Source: a virus. From it: 35,815 bases of DNA. Location: IMG/VR virus record IMGVR_UViG_3300019487_000023, positions 72,850 to 108,664 of that record. One strand, 5' to 3'. The number at the start of each line of letters is the position of its first letter. Positions within the stretch are counted from its first letter, which is position 1. The position numbers and the translations under genes were made by a program. This document shows, in pieces, positions 25,937 to 35,500 of this stretch. The notes under the pieces are model-generated. The model ran no database searches and was not told the DNA's origin. It worked only from the letters and a program-made list of their open reading frames with translations.

Positions 25937-26248
25937 ATGAGAACATCAAATTTAGCTAACCAGGCTCTACGCCATGCCGAAACTGGCCAGGTCTGGGAAG
26001 AAAAACTAACAAATGCAATGGGAACGGTCCAGATGGCCAGATACACGACCTATAGGGTTCGTGCTACTGGTGCCACTGTCGTTACCGTAGACGGCACTCT
26101 CGCCATGACGATGTCAACCGGCGAAGTAGCTATCTTCAACGCTGGCGGCGGCGATAACACTGATACTAAGCAATTGGTTGACGTGGTAATCACTGGCGCA
26201 GCATGCTTTCTTCAAGTCGCACGCGACAAAGATAGACCAGCATCCTAA
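25937..26248 (+). CDS. Hypothetical protein, probable virion protein
   Basis: 103 aa, beta-rich, strong RBS. Confidence 0.75.
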   Translation: MRTSNLANQALRHAETGQVWEEKLTNAMGTVQMARYTTYRVRATGATVVTVDGTLAMTMSTGEVAIFNAGGGDNTDTKQLVDVVITGAACFLQVARDKDRPAS

Positions 26249-26257
26249 GGAGTGACC

Positions 26258-27343
26258 ATGGAACTGAAGAGTTTCAAGGAACTCCTTCTTAAGAAGGTTT
26301 CCGGAAATCCATATTTAGAAACGCTCATCAAGGTCGCAAAAGATGAGCTTATTGCGGACGAAGTCATCGAGTCTCTCCTTAAGATGGCCGAGCCATCCGC
26401 CGCGATGGGTCGCGGAGCGAATTCTGCTATCACTGCATATGCAGGCCAAATGGACAATTCGGACATTGAGCAGCTCCGCGACGCCCTCGCACACCATATC
26501 TCCCACTACAAGAGCGCATTGAAGCACGGTCATCGTGACGTTGCTGATAAGCATCTCGAGAAGATCATCCCAATGATGCATCTTGCAGGCAGAGCTGCAC
26601 GTCACACTGGCGGTAAGCTTGCTCTAGATTACGTATCAACTACCCCTTGGGAGTCTAACTACACCACCACAGCTCGTCACCCAGATACTGGAAAATTGAT
26701 CGAGGGAACAAAAGACCTTGGTCGTAGACCTCGTAAGAGTCGTTACGGTGACATTGAGTCTCATCAACGTACAGAAGAACATCGCGGTGTTCCTGACTAT
26801 CGTTACCTTGAGATGGCACCACATGCTGGACACGGTGAAACAGATAGAATGCCTCACAAAGGTGGATATCCTTTTGAAGAAGTTCAATTGGGATCTCCAA
26901 GCAAGAAGGACGCTGGACAAGCTTACCTTCCTATTGAGGATATTGCAGAAACCAAAGAGTTCACCCCTCACCCTTTTGACATGCACCCTATTCATGCGGT
27001 TGCAGACAATCCAGAACATAAGATGTCTCCGCAAGAGAAAGAATCTTTCATTAATGCTTTGGCAGGATGGAAGAGCGGAGAACATCATAAAAACTGGCTT
27101 GCTTCTCAGAAGCAAAAGTTTCAGGCAAACCCTGATGCATATAAGACCCGTGGTCATGTAAAGCCTGGTCATCACTTCGAAGGGCTAAAGCTCCTTGATC
27201 AACCTGGACACGCTCGTGGAAAACAAAGCGAAGCGGTGTCAGGAAGTGCACCAGCTGCTCCAGCACAACCTGCGGCAACGCCAGCCATTAATACCTCAGT
27301 CCTTCCAGCATCGCTGAAGGCTAAGTATGGGATTAAGGATTAA
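26258..27343 (+). CDS. Hypothetical His-rich protein, possible internal head protein
   Basis: AAGGAG RBS before ATG 26258; Pro/Ala tail; lies in the head cluster. Confidence 0.7.
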   Translation: MELKSFKELLLKKVSGNPYLETLIKVAKDELIADEVIESLLKMAEPSAAMGRGANSAITAYAGQMDNSDIEQLRDALAHHISHYKSALKHGHRDVADKHLEKIIPMMHLAGRAARHTGGKLALDYVSTTPWESNYTTTARHPDTGKLIEGTKDLGRRPRKSRYGDIESHQRTEEHRGVPDYRYLEMAPHAGHGETDRMPHKGGYPFEEVQLGSPSKKDAGQAYLPIEDIAETKEFTPHPFDMHPIHAVADNPEHKMSPQEKESFINALAGWKSGEHHKNWLASQKQKFQANPDAYKTRGHVKPGHHFEGLKLLDQPGHARGKQSEAVSGSAPAAPAQPAATPAINTSVLPASLKAKYGIKD

Positions 27344-27345
27344 TC

Positions 27346-29157
27346 ATGCCAGCATTCATTCGCAATAAGTCAGATGAAGCTAGATGGAGCAAAGCAAAGG
27401 CTGCTGCTTCTAAATCTAAGAAGAAAGAGGAATCTTCGTTCACGGACCAAGATTGGGCTCTTACCAACCATATTTATCATCAGATGACTAAGAATGAAGA
27501 GTTTGAGAAGAAGTTACAAGAAGTAGTGGAGTTTTCGAAGTCCACAAAAGATGAAGCAATCTTATCTGAGGTCATCGCCTTGCTTGAAAAAGCACGTCGT
27601 CGCGCTTCAGATGAAATGCCCGATGAGGACGAGGATCCGCAGGATTTCTCTGAAGATCAGGGTTTTAGAGAATTTGATCCCGACGCTGAAGAGTCTGAGG
27701 GAGACAAATGGTTAAATGAAAACGATCCAGAGAGGAATCAAGATGACGATGAAGAAACTGAAGAAGAAGATCCATACTATGATGAGTATGGTCCAGAAGA
27801 TGATGAAGAAGCTCATCAAGAAGATCCAGAAGTGGACGAAGAAGAGCAACCTGTCGAGTCAGATGAAGAATCTGATGAGCCTGAAGCTGAGGCTGAACTG
27901 CCTGTGTCCGGCGCTGAAGAAGTGCGACCAGAAGTGTCCGTGCCCAGTGTGTCATCTGAAGAAGAGCCACAAGAAGAAGTAAGTTCTAAGGGCGGTCGCT
28001 TCCCACAACCTTCAAAAGAAGATATCATCGGTATGCGCGAGTACACGCGTCCATGGGAACGTCGTGCTCGCGATACTCAACGTCTTCAAGCTGAAGCTCA
28101 TAAGAATCCAGTTCTTCACCATGAAGGACAGATTGTTGAAGCTCACAACGCTTCCCACAAGGATCGTCAAGCTGCGTATGACAAGATGACCGCATCTCCT
28201 GAGTATCAAAATGCTGACCCAATCACTCAAATGGAAATGGACTCTAAGTTCCATACCGATTGGCACGCCCAGAATCCAGAGTACCTATCTAATGCCGTAA
28301 GTTCACACAGTGAAGCGCATCAGAGAGGAAGAAAGGCTAAAGATGTTCATGCTGCTGCGAAGGATGAGCAAATTCGCCATATTCTTTCTGGAGGAGCTCA
28401 GCCTGAGACTGGTATGTCAGCTGAGGAAGCTCTACAGCACATTGGCGGCGCTAAAGGTGAAGAAGGTACTGAAGGAAGTATCGGACAAGATAGAGCTGCT
28501 AGTTTTGCTGCTGGTAATAAGGATTTTATTGACCAGTATGCGAAGAACTATGCGCAAAAACAAAAGAAACCCGTTTCTCTAGAAGAGATGGAAAACTACG
28601 ACGAAGGTAGCCAAAAGGACATTGGTCGTATCCTAGGCGAGCATCCTAATCTTAAGGATCCTGCCAAGAAAGCTAAAGTTGATCAGTTCTTTAAGCAATA
28701 CCATCCATTGATTAGCATGAGTGCGTCTCGCGTCATGAATAAGCTAGGTCTTGATCCTCGCAAGGGCGACATTGACCTTGGTATGTTACATGAAGCCGGT
28801 ATGCATGGTTTGTTCCAAGCTATCAACGATTATGAGCACGAAAACCCTTCAAAGGCTAGCTTTGCTACTCATGCAGGCAATAAGATTCGTGGCTTGATGC
28901 AAACTGCATTGAGAAACCACGATCAAATTCCTGCTGAGATTCGTCAGGCTGCAAAGAAGTTCCATCAGGGTAAAGCTGCTCCAGCAACTCCAGTTGCGGC
29001 GCCCGCACAGCCTGAAGCACCAAAACCAAAGGTTGATTTGCACCAGATGTGGTCATCTCATCCAAAGGGCGCTGACATGTCTGACCGCTTGAAGCGCATT
29101 GAGACTGGTCGTGCCACACAAGCAATTAAGAAGCCACCTACGGGAGGTCAACAGTAA
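27346..29157 (+). CDS. Large acidic protein with C-terminal sigma70 region 2 (FliA/SigD-like), no region 4
   Basis: QYHPLI..A..DLGMLHEAGMHGLFQAINDYE..ASFATHAGNKIRGLMQTALRNHDQIP..IR at 28681-28962. Long D/E tract near the N-terminus. Confidence 0.75.
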   Translation: MPAFIRNKSDEARWSKAKAAASKSKKKEESSFTDQDWALTNHIYHQMTKNEEFEKKLQEVVEFSKSTKDEAILSEVIALLEKARRRASDEMPDEDEDPQDFSEDQGFREFDPDAEESEGDKWLNENDPERNQDDDEETEEEDPYYDEYGPEDDEEAHQEDPEVDEEEQPVESDEESDEPEAEAELPVSGAEEVRPEVSVPSVSSEEEPQEEVSSKGGRFPQPSKEDIIGMREYTRPWERRARDTQRLQAEAHKNPVLHHEGQIVEAHNASHKDRQAAYDKMTASPEYQNADPITQMEMDSKFHTDWHAQNPEYLSNAVSSHSEAHQRGRKAKDVHAAAKDEQIRHILSGGAQPETGMSAEEALQHIGGAKGEEGTEGSIGQDRAASFAAGNKDFIDQYAKNYAQKQKKPVSLEEMENYDEGSQKDIGRILGEHPNLKDPAKKAKVDQFFKQYHPLISMSASRVMNKLGLDPRKGDIDLGMLHEAGMHGLFQAINDYEHENPSKASFATHAGNKIRGLMQTALRNHDQIPAEIRQAAKKFHQGKAAPATPVAAPAQPEAPKPKVDLHQMWSSHPKGADMSDRLKRIETGRATQAIKKPPTGGQQ

Positions 29158-29987
29158 TGCCTATTAGCAAGACGCCTACAAAGGCAGTATTTCCAGAGCA
29201 GAACGTAGTTCAGGATCCTTCAGCAAGAAGGTACGCTCCTCTTCCTACTCCTGCGTCGTTGCGCGCTAACCAACTATTTGGTATTCCTTTGAAGTCTTTC
29301 CTCACTGGCGATACTGTCACTGACGAGACACTTCAGAGCTATATTGATGCAGCTATCTCTGAAATTGAACATGTTCTTGACTTATATATCACTCCAGTAA
29401 CCTTTGAAGAACGTCATGATTACAATCGCGAACTTCAGTTCTGGAGCTTTGGTTACCTAAAGGTCGACCATGGCCCTATCATCAATGTTGAGAAGTTTCA
29501 ACTAACGTTCAACAACGGGAACCCTCAGGTTCCACCCCTTGTTGATATCCCCCTGGAATTCATTCATACCCAACCTCAGGAACAAACAGTTCAATTGGTT
29601 CCAACTATGGGCATGACGATTGCGGGATTGATCGTGAGCATTTACTCTGGTCTTGGGTTCCACGCATTTAACTCTCAAGTTATTTCGACATGGCCAGGAT
29701 GCGTCATTATTCGTTACACAGCTGGTTTTGAGAAGGATAAGGTTCCTGCACTTATCACTGACTTGATTGCTAACATGGCAGCATTTAAGTTCTTGTCGTC
29801 ACTCGGTCCTATCTTGTTCCCACATAACTCTGTAAGCATCGGTATCGATGGTACAAGTCAATCTGTGGGCACACTTGGACCTGCATACCTGCAGCAACGC
29901 CTTGGCGAACTGTCTGGCATGATTGACAAGCAGATGGATGCCGCTAAAGGCTACTATCAGAAGAGATTCTTGGTGGACTTTATTTAA
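29157..29987 (+). CDS. Putative head-tail adaptor / neck protein
   Basis: YIDAAISEIEHVLD, IRYTAGF..VPA, SVSIGIDGTSQS motifs seen in Twort-like head completion proteins. Confidence 0.65.
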   Translation: MPISKTPTKAVFPEQNVVQDPSARRYAPLPTPASLRANQLFGIPLKSFLTGDTVTDETLQSYIDAAISEIEHVLDLYITPVTFEERHDYNRELQFWSFGYLKVDHGPIINVEKFQLTFNNGNPQVPPLVDIPLEFIHTQPQEQTVQLVPTMGMTIAGLIVSIYSGLGFHAFNSQVISTWPGCVIIRYTAGFEKDKVPALITDLIANMAAFKFLSSLGPILFPHNSVSIGIDGTSQSVGTLGPAYLQQRLGELSGMIDKQMDAAKGYYQKRFLVDFI

Positions 29988-29996
29988 GAGGTTTAT

Positions 29997-31091
29997 ATGG
30001 ACAAAAGTGACATGATTGAGGTCACGCCTGATGGCAAGCAAGAGCTTGTAGAAGGCAAAGAACCTCTAAAGAAAGATCCGGACGTGAAGAAGAAGTGGAA
30101 GAAGCTCAAGAAGGGCTTGAACCACCTTGAATCTATCATGGACCTTAAGGAAGAGGGACAACCCGATGAAGAAGAAGCCCCAGAAGCTACTGAGGAAAAT
30201 CAGGAACAGGCGCAAGAGGAACCAGTCATCCCGCAGATTCCAGAAGAACAAGGTGACGATGACTCTGGAGATACACAACAGGTATCAGCTGGAGAAGGCG
30301 GAAGTGGACATGGAGACCCTGAGCAAATTCCTGAGGGCGAGAATGTCGCTTCGGAAGATGAAATCATTGCCGCGCTTAAAGAGCAGGGCTACAGTGATCC
30401 AGAGATTGCTTACATAATTCACAACCAGCATTCTCCTGAGATCGATGAGACCAAGGAAGCTAAAGCTGACGCTACTCGCGCAATGACCGACGTTGATGTC
30501 GACAATGCTAAGCAAATGGGAAGTCACGAACTTGAGCACAAGAAGCGCATGAGCGATCTTGAGTATGAACAGGCTCGTGCACAAGCCCCAGATCCTGAAA
30601 CCGAGAAGCAGCACGCTAAGCGTATGGCTGATCTTGAGTTTGAAAATGCTAAGAATGCTTCGCCAGATCACAACAAGGAGAAGGAGCACCGTCACAGGAT
30701 GCTTGACCTTGAATATGAGAATGCCAAGGCTCAGTCCCCTGACATGACAGAGGATAAAGAAGCTAATAAGGCTATTAAGCAACTTGAAGTTGAAGCCAAG
30801 AAGATCGAACTTGAAGCTAAGAAGAAGCAAGTTGAACTTGAGCTTGAATTCAAGCAAAAGGAACATGAGCTAAAGCTTAAAGCTATGGAAGCTCAGATTA
30901 AGCAGCAAGCAAAGCAAAAAGATGAGCTTGCACGAGAGAAACATAAGCATAAGCTTGCAGATGCTAAGAAGCCACCTGCGAAGAAACCTTTAAAGAAGTC
31001 TGACGATGAATTCGGAGAAGAGTATGGACAAGACGAAGAGAATGGAAGAGCTGGAGAAGAAGCTGAAGGAACTGAAGGAACAGCTGAATAA
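29997..31091 (+). CDS. Hypothetical acidic/coiled-coil repeat protein
   Basis: 364 aa, GAGG RBS, internal 25 aa repeats. Confidence 0.75.
   Translation: MDKSDMIEVTPDGKQELVEGKEPLKKDPDVKKKWKKLKKGLNHLESIMDLKEEGQPDEEEAPEATEENQEQAQEEPVIPQIPEEQGDDDSGDTQQVSAGEGGSGHGDPEQIPEGENVASEDEIIAALKEQGYSDPEIAYIIHNQHSPEIDETKEAKADATRAMTDVDVDNAKQMGSHELEHKKRMSDLEYEQARAQAPDPETEKQHAKRMADLEFENAKNASPDHNKEKEHRHRMLDLEYENAKAQSPDMTEDKEANKAIKQLEVEAKKIELEAKKKQVELELEFKQKEHELKLKAMEAQIKQQAKQKDELAREKHKHKLADAKKPPAKKPLKKSDDEFGEEYGQDEENGRAGEEAEGTEGTAE
30534..30758 (+). repeat. 3 x 75 nt coding repeat (H..RM.DLE[YF]E.A...[AS]PD)
   Basis: Units start at 30534, 30609 and 30684. Confidence 0.85.
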
Positions 31092-31947
31092 GGCTGATCC
31101 TATCACCGCTCCTAGTCCTAGGAAGCCTGTTAACGCTCTAGGCGTTGGTTGGTCGCAAGATCCAGGCACTGGTGCATTTCATCACTCTACGCACGGCATC
31201 ATTAGCACATCCAAGCACCCTGATGGGTATTTTGCTATCACCCATGGTGGCAGACCTGTTGGCCGCACAAACACTATCGAGGAAGCTGGCGCTAAGATCA
31301 AGAATTATGTCAACTCTCTTCAGCCTCTAGATACTGGTTCTCATGCTGGTGATCCTATGGCTATGAAGTCTGAAGACGATCTTGAGAAGTCAGGATATGG
31401 TCCTAAGGGGAGCAAGCTATACAACCCCGCTGATAATGCTAAACGCAAGGCTAATAACGTAGGAGATCGCGTTGAGGGGATCGGCCAGAACGCTAACGTT
31501 AAGGCTTATAGCTCTAAACCGGGTCAACTAAGTGCAAAGGCCCAAGCCACCGTAGAGGCAGCTCGTGCCAAGAAGTTGAGTGGCCCAGTGAAGCAGTTCA
31601 CTCCTGAAGAGATCGAAGAATATAAGAAAAAGAAGGCTCTTGAGAAGGCGCAACCTGAGTGGTCTGAAGATGAGCTTGCAAGACGCCTATCTAGCATTAT
31701 TCCTTTTGGTCAAAAGTATCAGCCTCAACCTACCGATGAGCAAATGTTTGGTCACCTAGTAATTACTCCTGAGCAACAGAAGGCCGCAGAAGCTCAGTAC
31801 CAAGGTAAGTTTGGTAACTTCTTCTCTGAGGTTCAAAAGCCTCTCTCTGAGTTGAAGAAGTTCGCTACTGAAGAAGAAGAGATCGCCTACTGGCGTAAGC
31901 TTGGAACTTCCGGCAGTGGCGGCGGAGATAATGAAGGCGGCTACTAA
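31024..31947 (+). CDS. Hypothetical protein, probable processed head protein
   Basis: GGAG RBS before ATG 31024; LNKA, AMKS, LEKS, LEKA motifs. Confidence 0.7.
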   Translation: MDKTKRMEELEKKLKELKEQLNKADPITAPSPRKPVNALGVGWSQDPGTGAFHHSTHGIISTSKHPDGYFAITHGGRPVGRTNTIEEAGAKIKNYVNSLQPLDTGSHAGDPMAMKSEDDLEKSGYGPKGSKLYNPADNAKRKANNVGDRVEGIGQNANVKAYSSKPGQLSAKAQATVEAARAKKLSGPVKQFTPEEIEEYKKKKALEKAQPEWSEDELARRLSSIIPFGQKYQPQPTDEQMFGHLVITPEQQKAAEAQYQGKFGNFFSEVQKPLSELKKFATEEEEIAYWRKLGTSGSGGGDNEGGY

Positions 31948-31959
31948 GTTCATTTTGGT

Positions 31960-31966
31960 GTATAAT
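31960..31966 (+). promoter_or_regulatory. -10 promoter (gTATAAT) followed by leader hairpin
   Basis: TATAAT at 31961-31966; CCTATGA-aggg-TCATAGG stem at 31978-31995. Confidence 0.6.
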
Positions 31967-32018
31967 CTAACCATAAGCCTATGAAGGGTCATAGGTGTTT
32001 GGATTAGGTTAGGACAAA

Positions 32019-32567
32019 ATGGCTTTCGAGAAGAAGATGGCAGAGGTGCCACCTCAACCGCTATTGCAAGATGGCGCTGTTGATGGTGTCGTCAAGGTGC
32101 CAGATACCGCATTTTTTAAAGTGAAACAAGAGGTAACAATCTCGGGTTCCACTATTCCTAAACTAAACCTAGAAGTGAAACGCGTGCTTGACGAGCACAC
32201 CATGATCCTTGGTCCTCGTCGTACATCAATCACTGATTATACAAATCTCACCCTATACACCACCGATAACGGCAGCGTCATCTTCGCCCCAGAGCAGAAG
32301 CGCAACCTAATTCCTGAGCAGGAAGTTCCAGTAGTAACCTACGAAGAAGAACCCACTGTTGCTCAGCGTGTTATTCAGGTTGACAAATATGGCCGCCGCT
32401 ACGATAAGGAAAATCGCATACCGGTTGACCCAGATGGTGCGCAAACAAGAATTACTAACAACCTATTGGCGATGCAAATCGCCGGCATCGATCCAACCAT
32501 TTATTTGGTTAATAACGATGGCTTCTTTATTTTCAACAATGAAGGCGACTTCATAAAGGCAGAGTAA
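32019..32567 (+). CDS. Hypothetical protein, probable virion protein
   Basis: 182 aa ORF directly upstream of the fibre gene. Confidence 0.7.
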   Translation: MAFEKKMAEVPPQPLLQDGAVDGVVKVPDTAFFKVKQEVTISGSTIPKLNLEVKRVLDEHTMILGPRRTSITDYTNLTLYTTDNGSVIFAPEQKRNLIPEQEVPVVTYEEEPTVAQRVIQVDKYGRRYDKENRIPVDPDGAQTRITNNLLAMQIAGIDPTIYLVNNDGFFIFNNEGDFIKAE

Positions 32568-32568
32568 C

Positions 32569-35500
32569 ATGGCTGGAAACAATATCCACTCACAGATAAT
32601 CGACTCAGCAGAGATTCACGTACCTAAAGGGTTTACGGAAGCTGACAACTATACGGGTCCTATTAAGAACTCAGTGGGCCAGCTTGAATGGCGCGATCTT
32701 GATCAACTAGGGAAGCAAAATAACTTCACAGCAACTGTTGATCCTACATCTATTGATGATGCTGCTCATGGATATAGTGTTGGTTCTCGTTGGGTGAATA
32801 TCACTCAAAGGAATGCCTTTACATGTGTAGATGCCACCACTAACGCTGCCGTTTGGCGCGTAACGATCCGCAATAACCCTAACGCGATCATTGATCCTAC
32901 GGTTAACGATGATGCCTCTAAGGGTTATGTTCCTGGATCTGTTTGGATTAACGTTGCAGATGGACGCGAAACATGGATGTGTACCGATAACCTAATCGGC
33001 TATGCTGAGTGGAAGTCCTTAACAACTCCAGATATTGTTGGTCTTGACCATCGTACACTTTCGCATCTTGAATCCGATGACCACCTTCAGTACCTAAATC
33101 GAAGCGGTGTCAGACCTATGACTGGCGATCTAGACATGGATGGCCACTCTATCTCTAATGCTGTTCAATACAACGGCGTTAAGCTTCCAGAAGCTAATAT
33201 CGCTCGCGTTCGCAAGGATCCAGGCGATAATGAGTATGGCTCTATTGCTGACGCTCTTGCTGACATCACTACTGCAAGTATCAGCAATCCATGGGTTGTT
33301 GACGTTGGTGCTGGTGTGTTCTCTGAACCTCAACTAGTGATGAAGCCTTTCGTTTCTATTCTTGGACGTGGATATGAAGCCACCGTCATCCAAGCTCTTG
33401 ATCCTTCTGACCACTTAATCGTTGGCGCTGGAATGGCTGCCGTCAGAGGAGTTACAGTTAGTGGTGTAAGCGATACTGGAAAAGCGGGTATCTACTACAA
33501 TGGCAGCATTGTGTTTGAAGTTGACAACGTCATCTCCACCAACAACGCTATCGGTATCTTGTTTGAAGGTGCTGCAACAGGAACTCCAGTTATCGTTCGT
33601 AATACGATTGTTACAGGAGTTTTCCAGGTCGGTATTCGTACTGCGTCTACTGGCGGAAACTCAATCTCTGCTTTGATTGATGGTTGCTCTGTCGAAGGTC
33701 CACTAGCAGATCCTTCAGCACTTAGCATCGATATTTCTGGCTCTAACAACATCACTCTATTAAGAGATCTAGTAATCTCTGGTAACGGCACATCGTCGGG
33801 TGTTTCGTTTAGTAATGGTGCTGCTCTAAAAATCTCAAGCGCAAATATGAGGAACTTGGGTATTGGCGTTTCTAACCCAAGCACTGGTGCTGCTCCATCT
33901 ATTGATGCCTCTGCAATCAATTTTTCAAACTGTGCTCAAGAAATTGATTTACAGAATGTCGGTACTACTGGCGCACTTGTTTTCTTTGGTGACCAAAGCA
34001 AATACTATTCAGCCTCTAACATGCTGGCATTACAGTTGCTTGACAAGGTAACCTCTGACCTAATCTTTAGCGGCAAGCTAAGAGTTCTTCAGAGTGATCA
34101 AACTATCGAAGATCTAAGCACACTTATTGTTGAGACTGCAACAATGGGTATTGAAGAAGGCGGAGACCTCTCTGTCAATACAGGTTTGACGATTAACCTC
34201 ACTGCTGGCTTTGGTTATATCGAAATTGAACCTGAATTAATTCGTCGCTTTGACTGGCCAGATCAAATCGTGGCATTCCCACCTAACGCTGTTAGATACT
34301 TGTACTTTGATCCAAGCGGAACGCTAACACAAAATGCAACGTCTCCAGACACAGCTTACAACATTTTGTTGGGCAGAGTTGTTACCGGCGCATCTTCCAT
34401 CATTCTCATCGATGACATTGCGATGATTGCCGAGCACACCTCTAATCGCTATGACAGGATGTTTAGAGAAGCTTTTGGACCTATCTACAAGAGTGGCTCT
34501 AGCGTTACTGAAAATGGTACTCGTCAGCTAGATGTTACTGCAGGACAATATTTCGTATCATCTTGTGAATATACGCCGGTTGGTGGTACTGCATTAAGCT
34601 GGACTTCTGTAAGAGGTAACGGCAGCGGTGGGTTTATCTTGGGTTCTCAGAACACGGTAGATAATGCCACATATGATGACGGCTCAGGTTCACTGGCTCC
34701 TCTAACTGCAGGATACTGGGCAAAGCACTCCTTCTACACGATTGGCGAATCTACCAACGAGAAGTACTTCTTGGTGTATTCACAGGCTGAGTATTCAGCT
34801 CTAACACTTGCTCAACAGGCGTCAATTCCAACTCCTCCTTCTTACTTCACTGAAGGCGTGACGCTAATTGCTTCGATCATTGTTCAGCAAGGAGCTACAA
34901 ACATTGTTGAGATTCGTGACGAACGTCCACGCATCGGCTTTACAGCCTCTGGTGTTTCGGCTACGACCTTCCATAGCAATCTACTTGGTCTAACTGTTGG
35001 AGACGACCATCCTCAGTACTGGAGAAACGATGGTACCCATGTTGCCTCTGGTAACTGGAACATGGGTGGAAACAGCATCTCGAACATTGGAACGCTAAAT
35101 AGCGTGACGATTGAAAACCATAAGGCGCGCCATCAACCTGGTGGAGCAGATGCAATTCCTACGGCTGCTGCAATCACTCAGAATCCAGATCAAGCTAACG
35201 CTGAAGGTTCTTCAACGAGTTTGTCAAGAGCGGATCATACCCACCAAATCCCTACTGCTACCGCAGTAACTTTGAGTGGTGATACTACTAACACTCAGGG
35301 AAACTCTACTAGTTTCTCAAGAGCCAACCATACCCATGCAATCACCACTGGTATTGTGTCTACACAGACTCCAGATCAGTCGAATGCTGAAGGAACTGCT
35401 GCGGCTCTAAGTCGTATTGATCATGCACACAATATCCCTACTGCTACCGCTGTAGGTATGAATGCCAATAGTACCAATCAACAGGGCGTTGCGGCCACGT

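Noticed and set aside
77-35155. Minus-strand and nested alternate-frame ORFs in the track (e.g. 2811..3425, 26636..27175, 30285..30866, 33495..33920)
   Set aside because: They are shadows of well-supported + strand genes, with no motifs or RBS.
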